DNA of 64,000 nucleotides from a virus: IMG/VR virus record IMGVR_UViG_3300045988_169645; one strand, 5' to 3'. Shown piece by piece: positions 19,087 to 29,462 of this stretch (position 1 is its first letter; each line of letters starts with the position of its first letter). The notes under the pieces were generated by a model. It saw only the letters and a program-made list of their open reading frames with translations, ran no database searches and was not told where the DNA came from. The position numbers and the translations under genes were made by a program.

Positions 19087-19728
19087 TTAAACCTCCTTAA
19101 TTTTTGTAAGCCCATCAAACCAATCTTTAATAGTAAATGAACAACAATCTTTACAAGCACTAATCTTATATGTAACTGGCGAAATACCTTTATCTAATCT
19201 ACCCCTTATTGATAACTTTAATCCTTTAATGTTGGGGATATAAAACAAAGCATATAACTTATCGCCACGAACACCTAAAGATAATACTTTAATACGCTCC
19301 ATAATTACTGAACGCATCTTAGTAGTGCATAAAATAGGTCTGTCAGACTCAACTAGATTATTTAGTGAAAGATACCCACTAAAAGCCAATATTCCAGTCA
19401 TATTACCAAATTCCTCAACTGAACCTACATAAAGCCTACCGTTCTTCTCATCTACATACATAGATGAATAAATTTCGGTGGTATCACCTAGAATAAAATT
19501 CTTACTAAAGTAAATTTTATTCGTAGGCGAATACTTAACCATCAACTTATCCTCTTTCGATGCATTAGCCAAGCCTTTAGCTATCACATCATTCTTATGC
19601 AGACTCTTCAAAGTGGTAATTTCCACTGGCGAACCAATAGTATATTCAAAATAATCTCCCAAGTCTATACTACTGTCTAAAATCTCTTTCTTACTTAAGT
19701 CTGCAAAATACATACTCCTCAACCTCAC
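19087..19728 (-). CDS. hypothetical protein
   Basis: 213 aa ORF immediately downstream of the polymerase gene. Confidence 0.45.
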   Translation of the reverse strand: MRLRSMYFADLSKKEILDSSIDLGDYFEYTIGSPVEITTLKSLHKNDVIAKGLANASKEDKLMVKYSPTNKIYFSKNFILGDTTEIYSSMYVDEKNGRLYVGSVEEFGNMTGILAFSGYLSLNNLVESDRPILCTTKMRSVIMERIKVLSLGVRGDKLYALFYIPNIKGLKLSIRGRLDKGISPVTYKISACKDCCSFTIKDWFDGLTKIKEV

Positions 19729-22700
19729 TATTTTCTATTCTTAAAGAACTGCAGATATAACTGCTGAATAATCTGAACATCTTCTGACTGTAAATAACTC
19801 TTTGTCTGATATAAAGCACCCTTCATTTCTGAATTAAGATACCCCAACGTGTCTTTGAACCAAACATTATAGCCTTTACCATCTCTATTAACTTTACCCT
19901 GAATAAACTGCATATAATTCTGTGGTAAAGCCATAAGTGTAATTTCCATCTTGTTTGTATCCATATAAAGACCTAAAGTATCAATTCTTGTATCTTTAAT
20001 TCTCTGAAGCTTTGCCTCACTATCTTCTACTTCATCTTCTCCGATGATATAAGATGCTTCAGAAACATTATGGTCTCCATTATACTCCTCGATATCAAGA
20101 AGATTTACCTTACTTCTATCTACCCCATGAAGCATACAGTATTCGTCAAGAGCTACTTGAGTCTGTTTTGATGCCTCAAACTTATCAGTGTAATTACCAT
20201 CTGCATCTCGATACAAGTCCTGAATATGTACAGTCTTATCGAGGTGCTCACACAAAGCGTCATGAACTAAATTAAGATAAGTAGGCATATCCATATTATC
20301 TGATTCAATCATAACATAGTCACCAGACATCTGAATGTAGTCTGCTATAGCATCAGTATATACTTTAGCATCTTCTTTCACACAATCAAGAACTTGGTTA
20401 TTTAAAGTAGGCTTAATTTCCTTACCCTGGGATGCCTCATCAAGAACCTGATTTCTAATATCTCTAACATCAAAATCTCGTAACATATCTGGAACCTTAT
20501 CACAAAATGCTCGACCATTACCATCCCAATCTGGGAAACCAGTTTCGCCATACTTATCAACAATTTCCCACTGTAACTTAATAGGTAACTCGACTGACTT
20601 AGCTTCATACCAAGACATTCCATAACCAAATCCCATATATAAAGGACTCCATGGACTACCATCTTCGTTAGTAATCTTAACTTCAAATTCTTCTCTTAAA
20701 GCCTTCAGCCAAACACCTGGATTGATATCGTTACTAACTTCGCCAAGTAATTCATCGTGGATAAAACCTGTAAACATAACCTGACCAAGCCAACCTTCAC
20801 GACAAATTCTCTTAAACACTCGACCAACTGCTGTCTTGTAAATATCTGCTGCTGTATTATGAGTTACTACCCCATCAGCCACATAATAACCACAAGATGT
20901 ATTACATACATCATACATATCAATAAGTTCATCTGTAATCTCAACAGACTCAACCATAAGACATCTACCAAAAACGTGTTCATCTTCTACACATTCAAGC
21001 TGTGAAGCTAATAACTGCTTTCTCTCATTTATAAAACCAATAGCTTCAACAAATCTATCATTATCTGTAGTCTTAATCTGAAGTACATAACGGTCATCAT
21101 AACTTCTATATCTGCTACGGATACCAAAGAATAATAAAGCCTTCTGAATCTCTTTCATGAAAGGTTCGAAATTCTCTTGAGTACCTTGAATAAATGTAAT
21201 AGTTTTACCTGCAACTCCTCCATCTCCATCGAATAAGCCTCTCAAGAATCCACGAAGCATCTCTGTATCAGCCCAAATACGAGGGTCGATAGTATGTCTA
21301 ATATCCAATGACTCAATCTCTTTAGCTAAAGAAGAACTATATACAGTAACGTAAGCAAGAGCTTCATTTCTATCCTGTCTAACTTCGTTAATCTGGTAAT
21401 GACAATTTAAAGGTGTCATGGCTTCAACTAAGTAATCATATACATCTAATTCATGCTCTGCAATAATCTGTTTAGCCATACCTTTATTCATATCAAGACT
21501 ACCATCAGAAGAAAGTCTTCCAAGAACTACCCCTCGAGTGAAGCTGTCCTTGATATCATCCAAGTAAACATTATTTGAATTAGACGGATTGCTATTATAA
21601 ATACGTTCACTAACATATTTATGGTCGGATTCAATAAAGTCTTGGCAAACAACTACTCTATGAGCATTCTTTCTAACCCTATCTCCATCATAAAGTGGAA
21701 TTAAATCTTTACACTCTACAAATCTATCACTACCCCTATGACTGCGAACCAAGAACTTGTGCTGAGGGCTACAAATCATCTCATAGCCACCTCTGAACTT
21801 AACAATACACTTTCTCTTCTTACCTGAATAAAGCACATCTCCATTAGTCCATGTAGTACCATTCCATACTTCTGCCTTATACCCTGCAAGGTCTTTAATC
21901 TTTACTGTTCCTGCCACTCGCTCATGTATTAAAGTGTCACCTTGAATACACCCTTGGATCACCTGATTGCCCGCTTGCCTACGAATCGCATTTACAGAGA
22001 AGTCTGAGCGTCTATAGTATCTTCGTCTACCAAAATACGTCTCAGTGTAACCTTTATTTACACCTTTATCTCTATGGAACTCGAACCAATCTCTAATATC
22101 TTCCTGACCTTTGAAATATGCTGCTCTAAGTCCTGCTGCCTTACGAGTATTTTCTGGACTTGCCTCACCAAAAACTCGAACTCCAAGTGACTCATCACCC
22201 ATACCATAAGGTAGACCGAAATTGATACCTTTAGCTGCTTTTCTTAACTTCTTTGTAACAGCTGAATAAGGTACATTATACATATGAGCTGCCTGATATG
22301 CATGATAATCAAAGTCTGGGTCTTTAAAGTTTTCCATAATCTTCTTATTTCCAACCATGTTACCAAGAACTCGGTACTCTACAGATGAGTAATCAGTATC
22401 AAACATCCAAAACCCTGGTCTCGGAATGACATTTTTCTTGATTGGGTCATTATATGACTGATAATTAGGTTTATTGATTGAAACTCGACCAGTTGTTGTA
22501 CCATACTGCATAACAGAAGAAAATACATAACCATCCTGAGTAACGTGCTCTGGAAACTTATCGATAATCTTACGTACCCCTTCATATTCTCGATACTTCT
22601 GAAGATGAGCAACGAATGGATACATAATATTATCCTCAGCATCAGTTAATTCAGCAAGCATTTTTAATGTTTCTTTATCAGTAGTAGGTCTACCTGTCTT

Positions 22701-24272
22701 ACGAGAAATCTGTTCAGGAATACCTAATTCTCCATACATAATTGTAAGTAACTGCTTAGGTGAAGATGGGTTAAACTCATGTCCAATAATCTTAACCATT
22801 TCTTCCATTTCTTTAGCTTGTCCCTTACCAATTTCCTCACGCATCTTATCAAGATTATTGATATCAATACGATGACCATAGAATTCCTGATAGGCAACAG
22901 CAAATGAGAAAGCAATTTCAATCTCATATACTTTATTTGCACCATATTTACCTAATAAATCATTCTGAATAGCGTACCCCAACAAACCATTGGTGTTGTC
23001 TGTATCGGCACAGGCATATAAACGAACTAAATCCTCTGGTAAATCCCAGAACTTAATATCATTTTCGCCCCATGAGTCATCGATGATAAGGTCTGACAAC
23101 TCAAGAGAATCTCTACCTAACAAAAGTTTAGCATTCTCTTTCAAGCCTACTTTATAATCCTTAATTTCAGCACCTAAAGTCAAGTGTAAAATTGCCATAG
23201 TATCGTGAACAATATTAGCATTGATACCATATATGTAAGCAACCTTCCAGTCATATGACATATTATGAGCAACTAATTTCTTGCCCTCAAGAATTGGGCG
23301 AAGATAATGCTCCATTACATAAAAATGGTCACCTCCACAAAGGTTTTTAATCTTCTTCATCTGTAATGGGAAATAGAAACTTTCTCCATACTTAACTGAG
23401 AGAACTACCCCAACAAGCTGGTCAGCCTGTCCAGTTCTTGACATAAAGTTAATTTTAAGACCTGTTGTCTCGGTATCGTAATACACATACCCGTCCCAGT
23501 TCATAATATAATTACAAATTTCTTCAAGTGTCTCATCAGTTACGATACGATAGTCTTTTCCTAATAACCACTTAAACTCTTTATCTGGATGAGCTGCGAT
23601 AATATCTTCGATTGAGTGATACATACCGTCAGAACTTACTGTTGTCGGAATAACCTGCTCTTTTAACTGAAAACCTAAGTATTCAGAATCCAATCTAATA
23701 CCACTAGACCAAGCGTTTTTAGGTTTATAAAACACTCTCTCCTCTTTACCAGTATTAGAATGTAACTCGATGTCAAAATCATCGGTATGGGCTGAAATAT
23801 CGACCAAATCACCATAATTAAGTGTAACTTCTGCCAATACACGACTTTCATCCATTGGGAACTTCAAAATGTAAGATTTTTCTGACATTGCTTCAAATTC
23901 ACCTGAAGCAAGCTGTAAACCAGTGTATCCCTTCTCTGTGAAAGTATTACAATTAACCTTACAATATCTGATAATTGAAGCTAATCTACAGAAGAAATCG
24001 GCATTAACTGGACACTTAACATTCTTCTGTTTTCCATCAACTTCTGCAACTTTAGTCTTTGTTTGTACATCTACCTTAGCTAACTTAATAGATACACTTC
24101 TTTCCCAAAGAGCATCAGGGTCTTCTTTGAACTCTGAATTACTCATAAGCATAATTGCATCATAGTTACCTGAAGTCATATACATAGAGAAATTCTCCGA
24201 TGTATCAGTTGCATCTACATCATAAATAAATCTTTTATTTCCTCTATAATAAGAAATCTTGCCTGAAAGCAT
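19728..24272 (-). CDS. family A DNA polymerase (3'-5' exonuclease + polymerase domains) with N- and C-terminal extensions, interrupted by an intein
   Basis: Exo I YYDTETTGL. Exo II VAHNMSYDW. Exo III YACADTD. Motif A DYSSVEYRVLG. Motif B RKAAKGINFGLPYGMG. Motif C FIHDELL lies downstream of the intein. Confidence 0.9.
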   Translation of the reverse strand: MLSGKISYYRGNKRFIYDVDATDTSENFSMYMTSGNYDAIMLMSNSEFKEDPDALWERSVSIKLAKVDVQTKTKVAEVDGKQKNVKCPVNADFFCRLASIIRYCKVNCNTFTEKGYTGLQLASGEFEAMSEKSYILKFPMDESRVLAEVTLNYGDLVDISAHTDDFDIELHSNTGKEERVFYKPKNAWSSGIRLDSEYLGFQLKEQVIPTTVSSDGMYHSIEDIIAAHPDKEFKWLLGKDYRIVTDETLEEICNYIMNWDGYVYYDTETTGLKINFMSRTGQADQLVGVVLSVKYGESFYFPLQMKKIKNLCGGDHFYVMEHYLRPILEGKKLVAHNMSYDWKVAYIYGINANIVHDTMAILHLTLGAEIKDYKVGLKENAKLLLGRDSLELSDLIIDDSWGENDIKFWDLPEDLVRLYACADTDNTNGLLGYAIQNDLLGKYGANKVYEIEIAFSFAVAYQEFYGHRIDINNLDKMREEIGKGQAKEMEEMVKIIGHEFNPSSPKQLLTIMYGELGIPEQISRKTGRPTTDKETLKMLAELTDAEDNIMYPFVAHLQKYREYEGVRKIIDKFPEHVTQDGYVFSSVMQYGTTTGRVSINKPNYQSYNDPIKKNVIPRPGFWMFDTDYSSVEYRVLGNMVGNKKIMENFKDPDFDYHAYQAAHMYNVPYSAVTKKLRKAAKGINFGLPYGMGDESLGVRVFGEASPENTRKAAGLRAAYFKGQEDIRDWFEFHRDKGVNKGYTETYFGRRRYYRRSDFSVNAIRRQAGNQVIQGCIQGDTLIHERVAGTVKIKDLAGYKAEVWNGTTWTNGDVLYSGKKRKCIVKFRGGYEMICSPQHKFLVRSHRGSDRFVECKDLIPLYDGDRVRKNAHRVVVCQDFIESDHKYVSERIYNSNPSNSNNVYLDDIKDSFTRGVVLGRLSSDGSLDMNKGMAKQIIAEHELDVYDYLVEAMTPLNCHYQINEVRQDRNEALAYVTVYSSSLAKEIESLDIRHTIDPRIWADTEMLRGFLRGLFDGDGGVAGKTITFIQGTQENFEPFMKEIQKALLFFGIRSRYRSYDDRYVLQIKTTDNDRFVEAIGFINERKQLLASQLECVEDEHVFGRCLMVESVEITDELIDMYDVCNTSCGYYVADGVVTHNTAADIYKTAVGRVFKRICREGWLGQVMFTGFIHDELLGEVSNDINPGVWLKALREEFEVKITNEDGSPWSPLYMGFGYGMSWYEAKSVELPIKLQWEIVDKYGETGFPDWDGNGRAFCDKVPDMLRDFDVRDIRNQVLDEASQGKEIKPTLNNQVLDCVKEDAKVYTDAIADYIQMSGDYVMIESDNMDMPTYLNLVHDALCEHLDKTVHIQDLYRDADGNYTDKFEASKQTQVALDEYCMLHGVDRSKVNLLDIEEYNGDHNVSEASYIIGEDEVEDSEAKLQRIKDTRIDTLGLYMDTNKMEITLMALPQNYMQFIQGKVNRDGKGYNVWFKDTLGYLNSEMKGALYQTKSYLQSEDVQIIQQLYLQFFKNRK
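20856..21950 (-). mobile_element. intein (365 aa) with LAGLIDADG homing-endonuclease domain inside the DNA polymerase gene
   Basis: Begins ...NQVIQG|CIQGDTLI and ends ...VADGVVTHN|TAADIY (Cys1, terminal HN, +1 Thr). Two LAGLIDADG-like motifs (VVLGRLSSDGSLD and LRGLFDGDGGVA). Confidence 0.75.
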
Positions 24273-24286
24273 TTATAACTACCCCC

Positions 24287-24730
24287 TTATTCGTTGTAAT
24301 CGTCAAGATTTAAACCTGAAACTGACTCTTTCTTCAAATAAGAACTATCAGTAAATAAAAATGCCTTTGGCTTCTCTGCATATGTAAAAGCATATCTAAT
24401 AGGTAACTCATGTAATAAAGTTAAAGCTTCATCAAAATCCTGCTGATAAGCTTCTTTAGAATACTGAGCGTCTACCCATTTAATAAACGTGCTGTTACTT
24501 GTTTCAAAACAAACATCCTTCACATCAGCTGTCTGCATATACTGTCTAACGTGTCTGAGAGCTAACTTGAAAGTATAAATAATACCTGCATAACTTGAAC
24601 TTAAAGCATGTTCATCTTTAATACGCTCCACATATTTGACCTTTATAACGCCATCTTCCATAATAACAATGGCACTAATGCCTTTTCGTAAAGACATACT
24701 CACAACTATATTGCTCATAAAATCCTCCAA
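24287..24730 (-). CDS. hypothetical protein
   Basis: 147 aa ORF. No convincing motif. Confidence 0.45.
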   Translation of the reverse strand: MEDFMSNIVVSMSLRKGISAIVIMEDGVIKVKYVERIKDEHALSSSYAGIIYTFKLALRHVRQYMQTADVKDVCFETSNSTFIKWVDAQYSKEAYQQDFDEALTLLHELPIRYAFTYAEKPKAFLFTDSSYLKKESVSGLNLDDYNE

Positions 24731-24780
24731 AAATTTGATTTCAAAAAGTTACAATAACAATAAGACAAGTTAAAAGATAA

Positions 24781-24820
24781 CTCAAAAAAGGATGCTATTC
24801 AAAACTGAATAACATCCTTT
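24781..24820 (-). terminator. Rho-independent terminator (minus strand) after gene 24824..25915
   Basis: Hairpin AAAGGATG-c-TATTCA-aaac-TGAATA-a-CATCCTTT followed on the minus strand by TTTTTTGAG. Confidence 0.5.
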
Positions 24821-24823
24821 AAA

Positions 24824-25915
24824 CTACTGCTGTACCAAATCTGTGATATCCTCATACACAAGGTCAAATGAATGACCATGAACTGTTCGACTTACAGTAG
24901 TTTTATTAAAATCAGAACCACAAATTATATAAAAATATTCAGTTCCGATATTAAGTATTCTACCATAAGTATCTTGCAATACATTTGTTAAGATTTCCAT
25001 TCTTGCTAAATCATACATATTGAATAAGTCTGGGTTCAAAACACTTAAACTACCCCCAAAAGACCTTATAATGTACGAATTACCAATGATGAACTTCATC
25101 TCATTTGTTTCTGTATCGTCAATCAAATCACAGAAATACTCCCAAAGTTCATAATAACGAACCTTGATTATACGTTTATCACCTAACTTACCAACAAGTT
25201 TGAACTTATCTACATCTGCATTTTCGATGGATTGCTTTGTATCTGGGTCAACAAAAAGAACTCTCTTTGAATAACTATTTGAAATTGCTACAAAATCTGG
25301 TTCTTTCCACTCGTCATCATTCTCAGTTAGTCCTAAGAACCACTCAAAATCTTCTTTGTACTCAAGATACACATCCAAGCATAAAGCATTAAAGTTCGAA
25401 CACTTCTTATTTATATCCAAACATTGTCTGATAAAAATATCTGGATAATACTTTGTGCTTGTATCGTGAGCTATAAGAGCTTCACAAAGCAACATAAACT
25501 TGTCCATAAACTCTAAGGCTAAATTAACAACATCTATCTTTCTATCCTCATTTAACTCCATATCTTCAATAATAGAGCTACTAAAGTCGCTAACACTTCC
25601 AGTGTCCACAGAGGATTTTAATTCCTCTTCATCGCTATCTTCTGATAATGTTTGCTCAAGAAAATCAACCAAAACCAGTCGACTGTTTTCCTTTGTAATC
25701 TCTCTTGCAAGTTTCTTTATGTACGCTGAAAGATTACCTTTACTTGAATTGAAATGAAATAGTGTATGGTATAAAGTTCTTTGCATAGCTTCTTCAGCAT
25801 TAACACCTGCGAACTTATAAAAATACCACTTCAACTTTTGTATTTCATTGAATATTTCGTAGTAAAAAGCTATATTAATATCCGATTGCATAAAAGCATA
25901 ACTTTTTAGAACCAT
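24824..25915 (-). CDS. hypothetical protein
   Basis: 363 aa ORF, second gene of a two-gene unit behind a strong promoter. Confidence 0.5.
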   Translation of the reverse strand: MVLKSYAFMQSDINIAFYYEIFNEIQKLKWYFYKFAGVNAEEAMQRTLYHTLFHFNSSKGNLSAYIKKLAREITKENSRLVLVDFLEQTLSEDSDEEELKSSVDTGSVSDFSSSIIEDMELNEDRKIDVVNLALEFMDKFMLLCEALIAHDTSTKYYPDIFIRQCLDINKKCSNFNALCLDVYLEYKEDFEWFLGLTENDDEWKEPDFVAISNSYSKRVLFVDPDTKQSIENADVDKFKLVGKLGDKRIIKVRYYELWEYFCDLIDDTETNEMKFIIGNSYIIRSFGGSLSVLNPDLFNMYDLARMEILTNVLQDTYGRILNIGTEYFYIICGSDFNKTTVSRTVHGHSFDLVYEDITDLVQQ

Positions 25916-25994
25916 TATGACTACCCCCTATATTTGGAGTAGTATAACTATTATCACACACAGACATATTATCTCTCCTTATTTTTAATAAGGA

Positions 25995-26603
25995 CTACGC
26001 AAATATCTCTTCAAAAGTCTTACCTGAACCTAATATGATTTTTACCTGTTCAGCAACAACTTCATAATCATCACAAACTCTTCTAAGTAGATTTACACTT
26101 TCTGGAATTCCTTTCAAAGCCTGCTTAACAGTACACATGAAATCCATTTTCGCTTCAACTAAAAGCATAGGTTGTAAGCTCTTAATTGTCTCAACAGCAT
26201 ATTTCAACTCTTCATCAGCTAAAAGCTGTTCATAGGCATCTTCCATCTGCTTTGTAGCTCGTGTAGTAGCTGCATCAGCTTTAATACCACCTGCCTGAAC
26301 AGTTTCATCCCAATCATCATTGCTGTCTGTAAAATCTAAGAAAACTTCTTTCTTACGCTTGGCTTCTTTACCAAGACGCTGATTTTTATGAATTGCTGAC
26401 TCATAAGCATCAATATTAAACTCGTGCTTAAAATCAATATTGCCTTGTAATCCTGCCGAGATAATCTCGCTTGCAAATTCTATCTTCTTTTCAGGATTAT
26501 AAGCTAAATCCTCGAAAAGACGAAGAACCTCTAAAGGTAACTCTGTAACTCCAGATATGTGACCAAAACTGAAACTTCTTAATAAACTCATTGTAAAATA
26601 CAT
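25995..26603 (-). CDS. hypothetical protein
   Basis: 202 aa ORF directly downstream of the consensus promoter. Confidence 0.5.
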   Translation of the reverse strand: MYFTMSLLRSFSFGHISGVTELPLEVLRLFEDLAYNPEKKIEFASEIISAGLQGNIDFKHEFNIDAYESAIHKNQRLGKEAKRKKEVFLDFTDSNDDWDETVQAGGIKADAATTRATKQMEDAYEQLLADEELKYAVETIKSLQPMLLVEAKMDFMCTVKQALKGIPESVNLLRRVCDDYEVVAEQVKIILGSGKTFEEIFA

Positions 26604-26640
26604 CCTTTCTCAAAAGTTATTTACTTATCACTGTATATTA

Positions 26641-26669
26641 ATTATACCATAAAATACCAGAAAAATCAA
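26641..26669 (-). promoter_or_regulatory. near-consensus sigma-A-type promoter (minus strand): TTGATT - 17 nt - TATAAT with TGG extended -10
   Basis: Minus-strand read CTTGATTTTTCTGGTATTTTATGGTATAAT. -35 at 26664-26669, -10 at 26641-26646. Confidence 0.6.
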
Positions 26670-26776
26670 GGCTTTCTTCAGATTTTTTCAAAAAAACATT
26701 GAAATTTTGTAACTTTTTTCTATCATAAAAACAAGGCATAATCTCTACCCCTGTAAAGATTATACCTCGCTTGAAC

Positions 26777-27247
26777 TTACTTAAAGGTTTTTAATAGACT
26801 TATAATACTTGAATCCTCAACAGCATAACTTTCGCCATCTACATTGATTGTTGCTGTATCCTTACCTGTTGATACAAAAGAAGTTACATCTGAAACATTA
26901 AACCACTTATCCCCTAATTTTACCTGTACATCAGAACCCTCTACCTTAATACTATCTGAAGCACTAGCTAATTTCTCATATGTAGCAATACCCTTCTGAG
27001 AAATAACTGAAGCTGCATCTTTAATCTGTGTTGGGCTTGCTATACCATAGTTTACAAGAGCTACACAAATTGCAACAACAGTTAAAACTGTTCTTACTAC
27101 CCCTTTAAGAAACTTTAATATTGCAACTACTGCAATAATAGCTACAACTATAAAAAGTAACTGAGATAATGTAAGTTTACCATCAAAGAAAGTGATAACC
27201 TCTCCATTAGAATTTTTGATATTAAGTATCTGTTGTAACTTTTCCAT
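26777..27247 (-). CDS. hypothetical membrane protein
   Basis: Two TM helices (FIVVAIIAVVAIL; VLTVVAICVALV). Confidence 0.45.
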   Translation of the reverse strand: MEKLQQILNIKNSNGEVITFFDGKLTLSQLLFIVVAIIAVVAILKFLKGVVRTVLTVVAICVALVNYGIASPTQIKDAASVISQKGIATYEKLASASDSIKVEGSDVQVKLGDKWFNVSDVTSFVSTGKDTATINVDGESYAVEDSSIISLLKTFK

Positions 27248-27298
27248 AAGATAACCTCCTATATTATTTAAAAGTTATACATATAATAGCTACAACTA

Positions 27299-27688
27299 CT
27301 ACTTACTAGAAATTCTCTCAAGGAAAGCATCAACATCAGACTTAGCATAAAGACGCTTATTATTTGTAGGTAATTTACGTCTTGGTACAAGCTGTCCCTG
27401 TGATTCAAGACTATTTACAAGAGATAAAGAAACATTCATATACTCCGCTGTTTCTCTGCTTGTTAAATACTCTTCATCGTCATCTGAGTCACTCAACATG
27501 GAAGTATTTTCCTGTGTACGAATAAACTCCTGAATTTGAGATACAGTATATCTACGATGACCACTAGGAAAAATCTGAGCCGGTATTAAGATACCTTTAT
27601 CCTGCCAACTACCAAGCGTACTTGGGGATACCCCTAGCTTTCTTGCTGCTTCTCCAATTTTAATATAAGTCTCTGCCATTTTCTTCAA
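27299..27688 (-). CDS. MerR-type helix-turn-helix DNA-binding protein (two HTH-like repeats)
   Basis: IKIGEAARKLGVSPSTLGSWQDKGIL matches the MerR HTH. A second similar segment is ETAEYMNVSLSLVNSLESQGQL. Confidence 0.55.
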   Translation of the reverse strand: MKKMAETYIKIGEAARKLGVSPSTLGSWQDKGILIPAQIFPSGHRRYTVSQIQEFIRTQENTSMLSDSDDDEEYLTSRETAEYMNVSLSLVNSLESQGQLVPRRKLPTNNKRLYAKSDVDAFLERISSK

Positions 27689-27693
27689 ACCTC

Positions 27694-28365
27694 CTATAAA
27701 CCGAATATATCAAAGATACTAACTTTCTTTGATGATTTTTTCTGTGCTGACTTATTACTACCACCTGATGATGCCTTCTTTGCTCTTTCTGGCTTGGAAG
27801 TTGTATCAATCTCCAAACCTGTAATATCTACATCTTCAAGAACATCTTCTGTACCATCAAGTTTATAACAATCTAAAGGATATTTATCCTGAAGCTTATC
27901 AAGAACATCTACCCCTATTGCTCCTACTTTAACTCCTTCAATGGCAAATAAATGACCGCCACAAAATCTAACTGTTGGGAAAACCTTTGAAATCTGATAA
28001 ATATTGTATAAGTCTTTATAATCATCTGGTAACTTAATTACTGGAGTTACCCCCTTTGGAGTATCTCCTACAATTTTCTCAACATCTTCCTCAGTGATAT
28101 TGTTACCAAAATCATACACTCTACCGACATAAACACCAGTATTCTCAGTCAATTCTTCGTAAGCTGAATTCGACTGTAACCCCTGATACTCAACCATTAA
28201 AATATTTTTACTAACTTTAGCTAATGCAATACTATCTGTAATAGTAAAGTCATCACCTATAAGTTTTAAGTAAACTTTATGCTTCTTATTGTTATATTTT
28301 GTAGATAAATTCAAGCCCTTATACTTAAGGGCAGTCGCATAATCTACTTTACAAATAATTGACAT
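27694..28365 (-). CDS. hypothetical protein with Lys/Ser-rich C-terminal tail
   Basis: 223 aa ORF. Confidence 0.45.
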   Translation of the reverse strand: MSIICKVDYATALKYKGLNLSTKYNNKKHKVYLKLIGDDFTITDSIALAKVSKNILMVEYQGLQSNSAYEELTENTGVYVGRVYDFGNNITEEDVEKIVGDTPKGVTPVIKLPDDYKDLYNIYQISKVFPTVRFCGGHLFAIEGVKVGAIGVDVLDKLQDKYPLDCYKLDGTEDVLEDVDITGLEIDTTSKPERAKKASSGGSNKSAQKKSSKKVSIFDIFGL

Positions 28366-28439
28366 TGCAATACCTCCAAAATAAATTGAATATAATAATT
28401 ATAACAAGAATTCATAGCCAAATCAATAATAAATAGAAA

Positions 28440-29462
28440 TCACGATTTAGGCTCAAGATTAGTTTCAAGTAAAAATAACTCCGACTTCAATTCATAATAC
28501 TTATATATAAAGTTCAAAAAATCGCTACCATTATGCCAAGCATACGCACCCATACACTGTCTTAAGCGTAATAGGTCAGATAAAGGAATTTCCTTTAATC
28601 TCCAAATATACTTCTGATACTTAGCTAAAGCTTTCTCATCAAAAGAATCTGGTAAATTACGAACTGATTTATATACCACTCCTGATATAATTAACATCTT
28701 TAATTCACAAAAGAGCATTATACTCTTTGCTGTAAAATTATACATCTTCTGAAAACCAATAGTGTTTCCTAAATCTACCCCTGCTTTGACTCGATTTTTT
28801 ATAACAGTTTTTAGACCTTTATCAGAACCACTTACTGGTTTTAATAAACTAAAAATGTAAGACTCTACAGAAAGACCGCCTAAACCACACACTTCTGCAA
28901 TATCTTGACGTGACTCAAACTTCTGACCTGAATTTAAGGCTAAAAGTAAATCGAAAACTGCTTCAATATCACCACTGTAACTTTGTACTGCATAGTCAAA
29001 TAACTGCTTTGAGAGTTTGTTATCTGATAAAGTAAATGCATCATATAAATACAAAAAATCCGGTCTTCTTAGATAGTTAATATAATAATCAAAGAATGTA
29101 GTGCTATCTTTAAAGTTCTCCTTAAATTCTTTATATGTTTTATACTTTGAAGAAGTACAAAAGAATATACAAGTAGATGACTGCTTTATGACTGGTATCA
29201 AATCCTTTAAAGCAACTCCATTTTTACCTTTATCTAAATCAATCGTAACAAACCACTTGGCTGCGAAAGGTGGAGTAACTCCAAATACTTCTTTAACCTT
29301 CTTTAAGTCTGATTTAGTTTCTAACTCAATCAGAGAATCCGATTTACAATTATATCTTCTCTTTAGTTTATCCTGTATAAACATTGCTAATTTTGTACTA
29401 CTTGTTTGCAATAAAACAACATCTATACTTCTATTTTTTGAATCTAAATCACTTAGTCGCAT
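28440..29462 (-). CDS. hypothetical protein
   Basis: 340 aa ORF. Confidence 0.45.
   Translation of the reverse strand: MRLSDLDSKNRSIDVVLLQTSSTKLAMFIQDKLKRRYNCKSDSLIELETKSDLKKVKEVFGVTPPFAAKWFVTIDLDKGKNGVALKDLIPVIKQSSTCIFFCTSSKYKTYKEFKENFKDSTTFFDYYINYLRRPDFLYLYDAFTLSDNKLSKQLFDYAVQSYSGDIEAVFDLLLALNSGQKFESRQDIAEVCGLGGLSVESYIFSLLKPVSGSDKGLKTVIKNRVKAGVDLGNTIGFQKMYNFTAKSIMLFCELKMLIISGVVYKSVRNLPDSFDEKALAKYQKYIWRLKEIPLSDLLRLRQCMGAYAWHNGSDFLNFIYKYYELKSELFLLETNLEPKS

Noticed and set aside
19728-24272. Possibility of a second intein in the polymerase or helicase
   Set aside because: No additional Cys/Ser...HN junction with homing-endonuclease-like blocks was found. The N- and C-terminal extensions look like ordinary unique domains.
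24287-24730. Initial guess that the 147-aa protein is RNase H-like
   Set aside because: The DEDD catalytic residues could not be aligned (no DGS...G start, no conserved Glu). Left as hypothetical.
25968-25986. Hairpin CCTTATT-ttta-AATAAGG after gene 25995..26603 as a terminator
   Set aside because: The stem is AT-rich and weak, and is not followed by a T-run on the minus strand. More likely part of the ribosome-binding-site region of the next gene.
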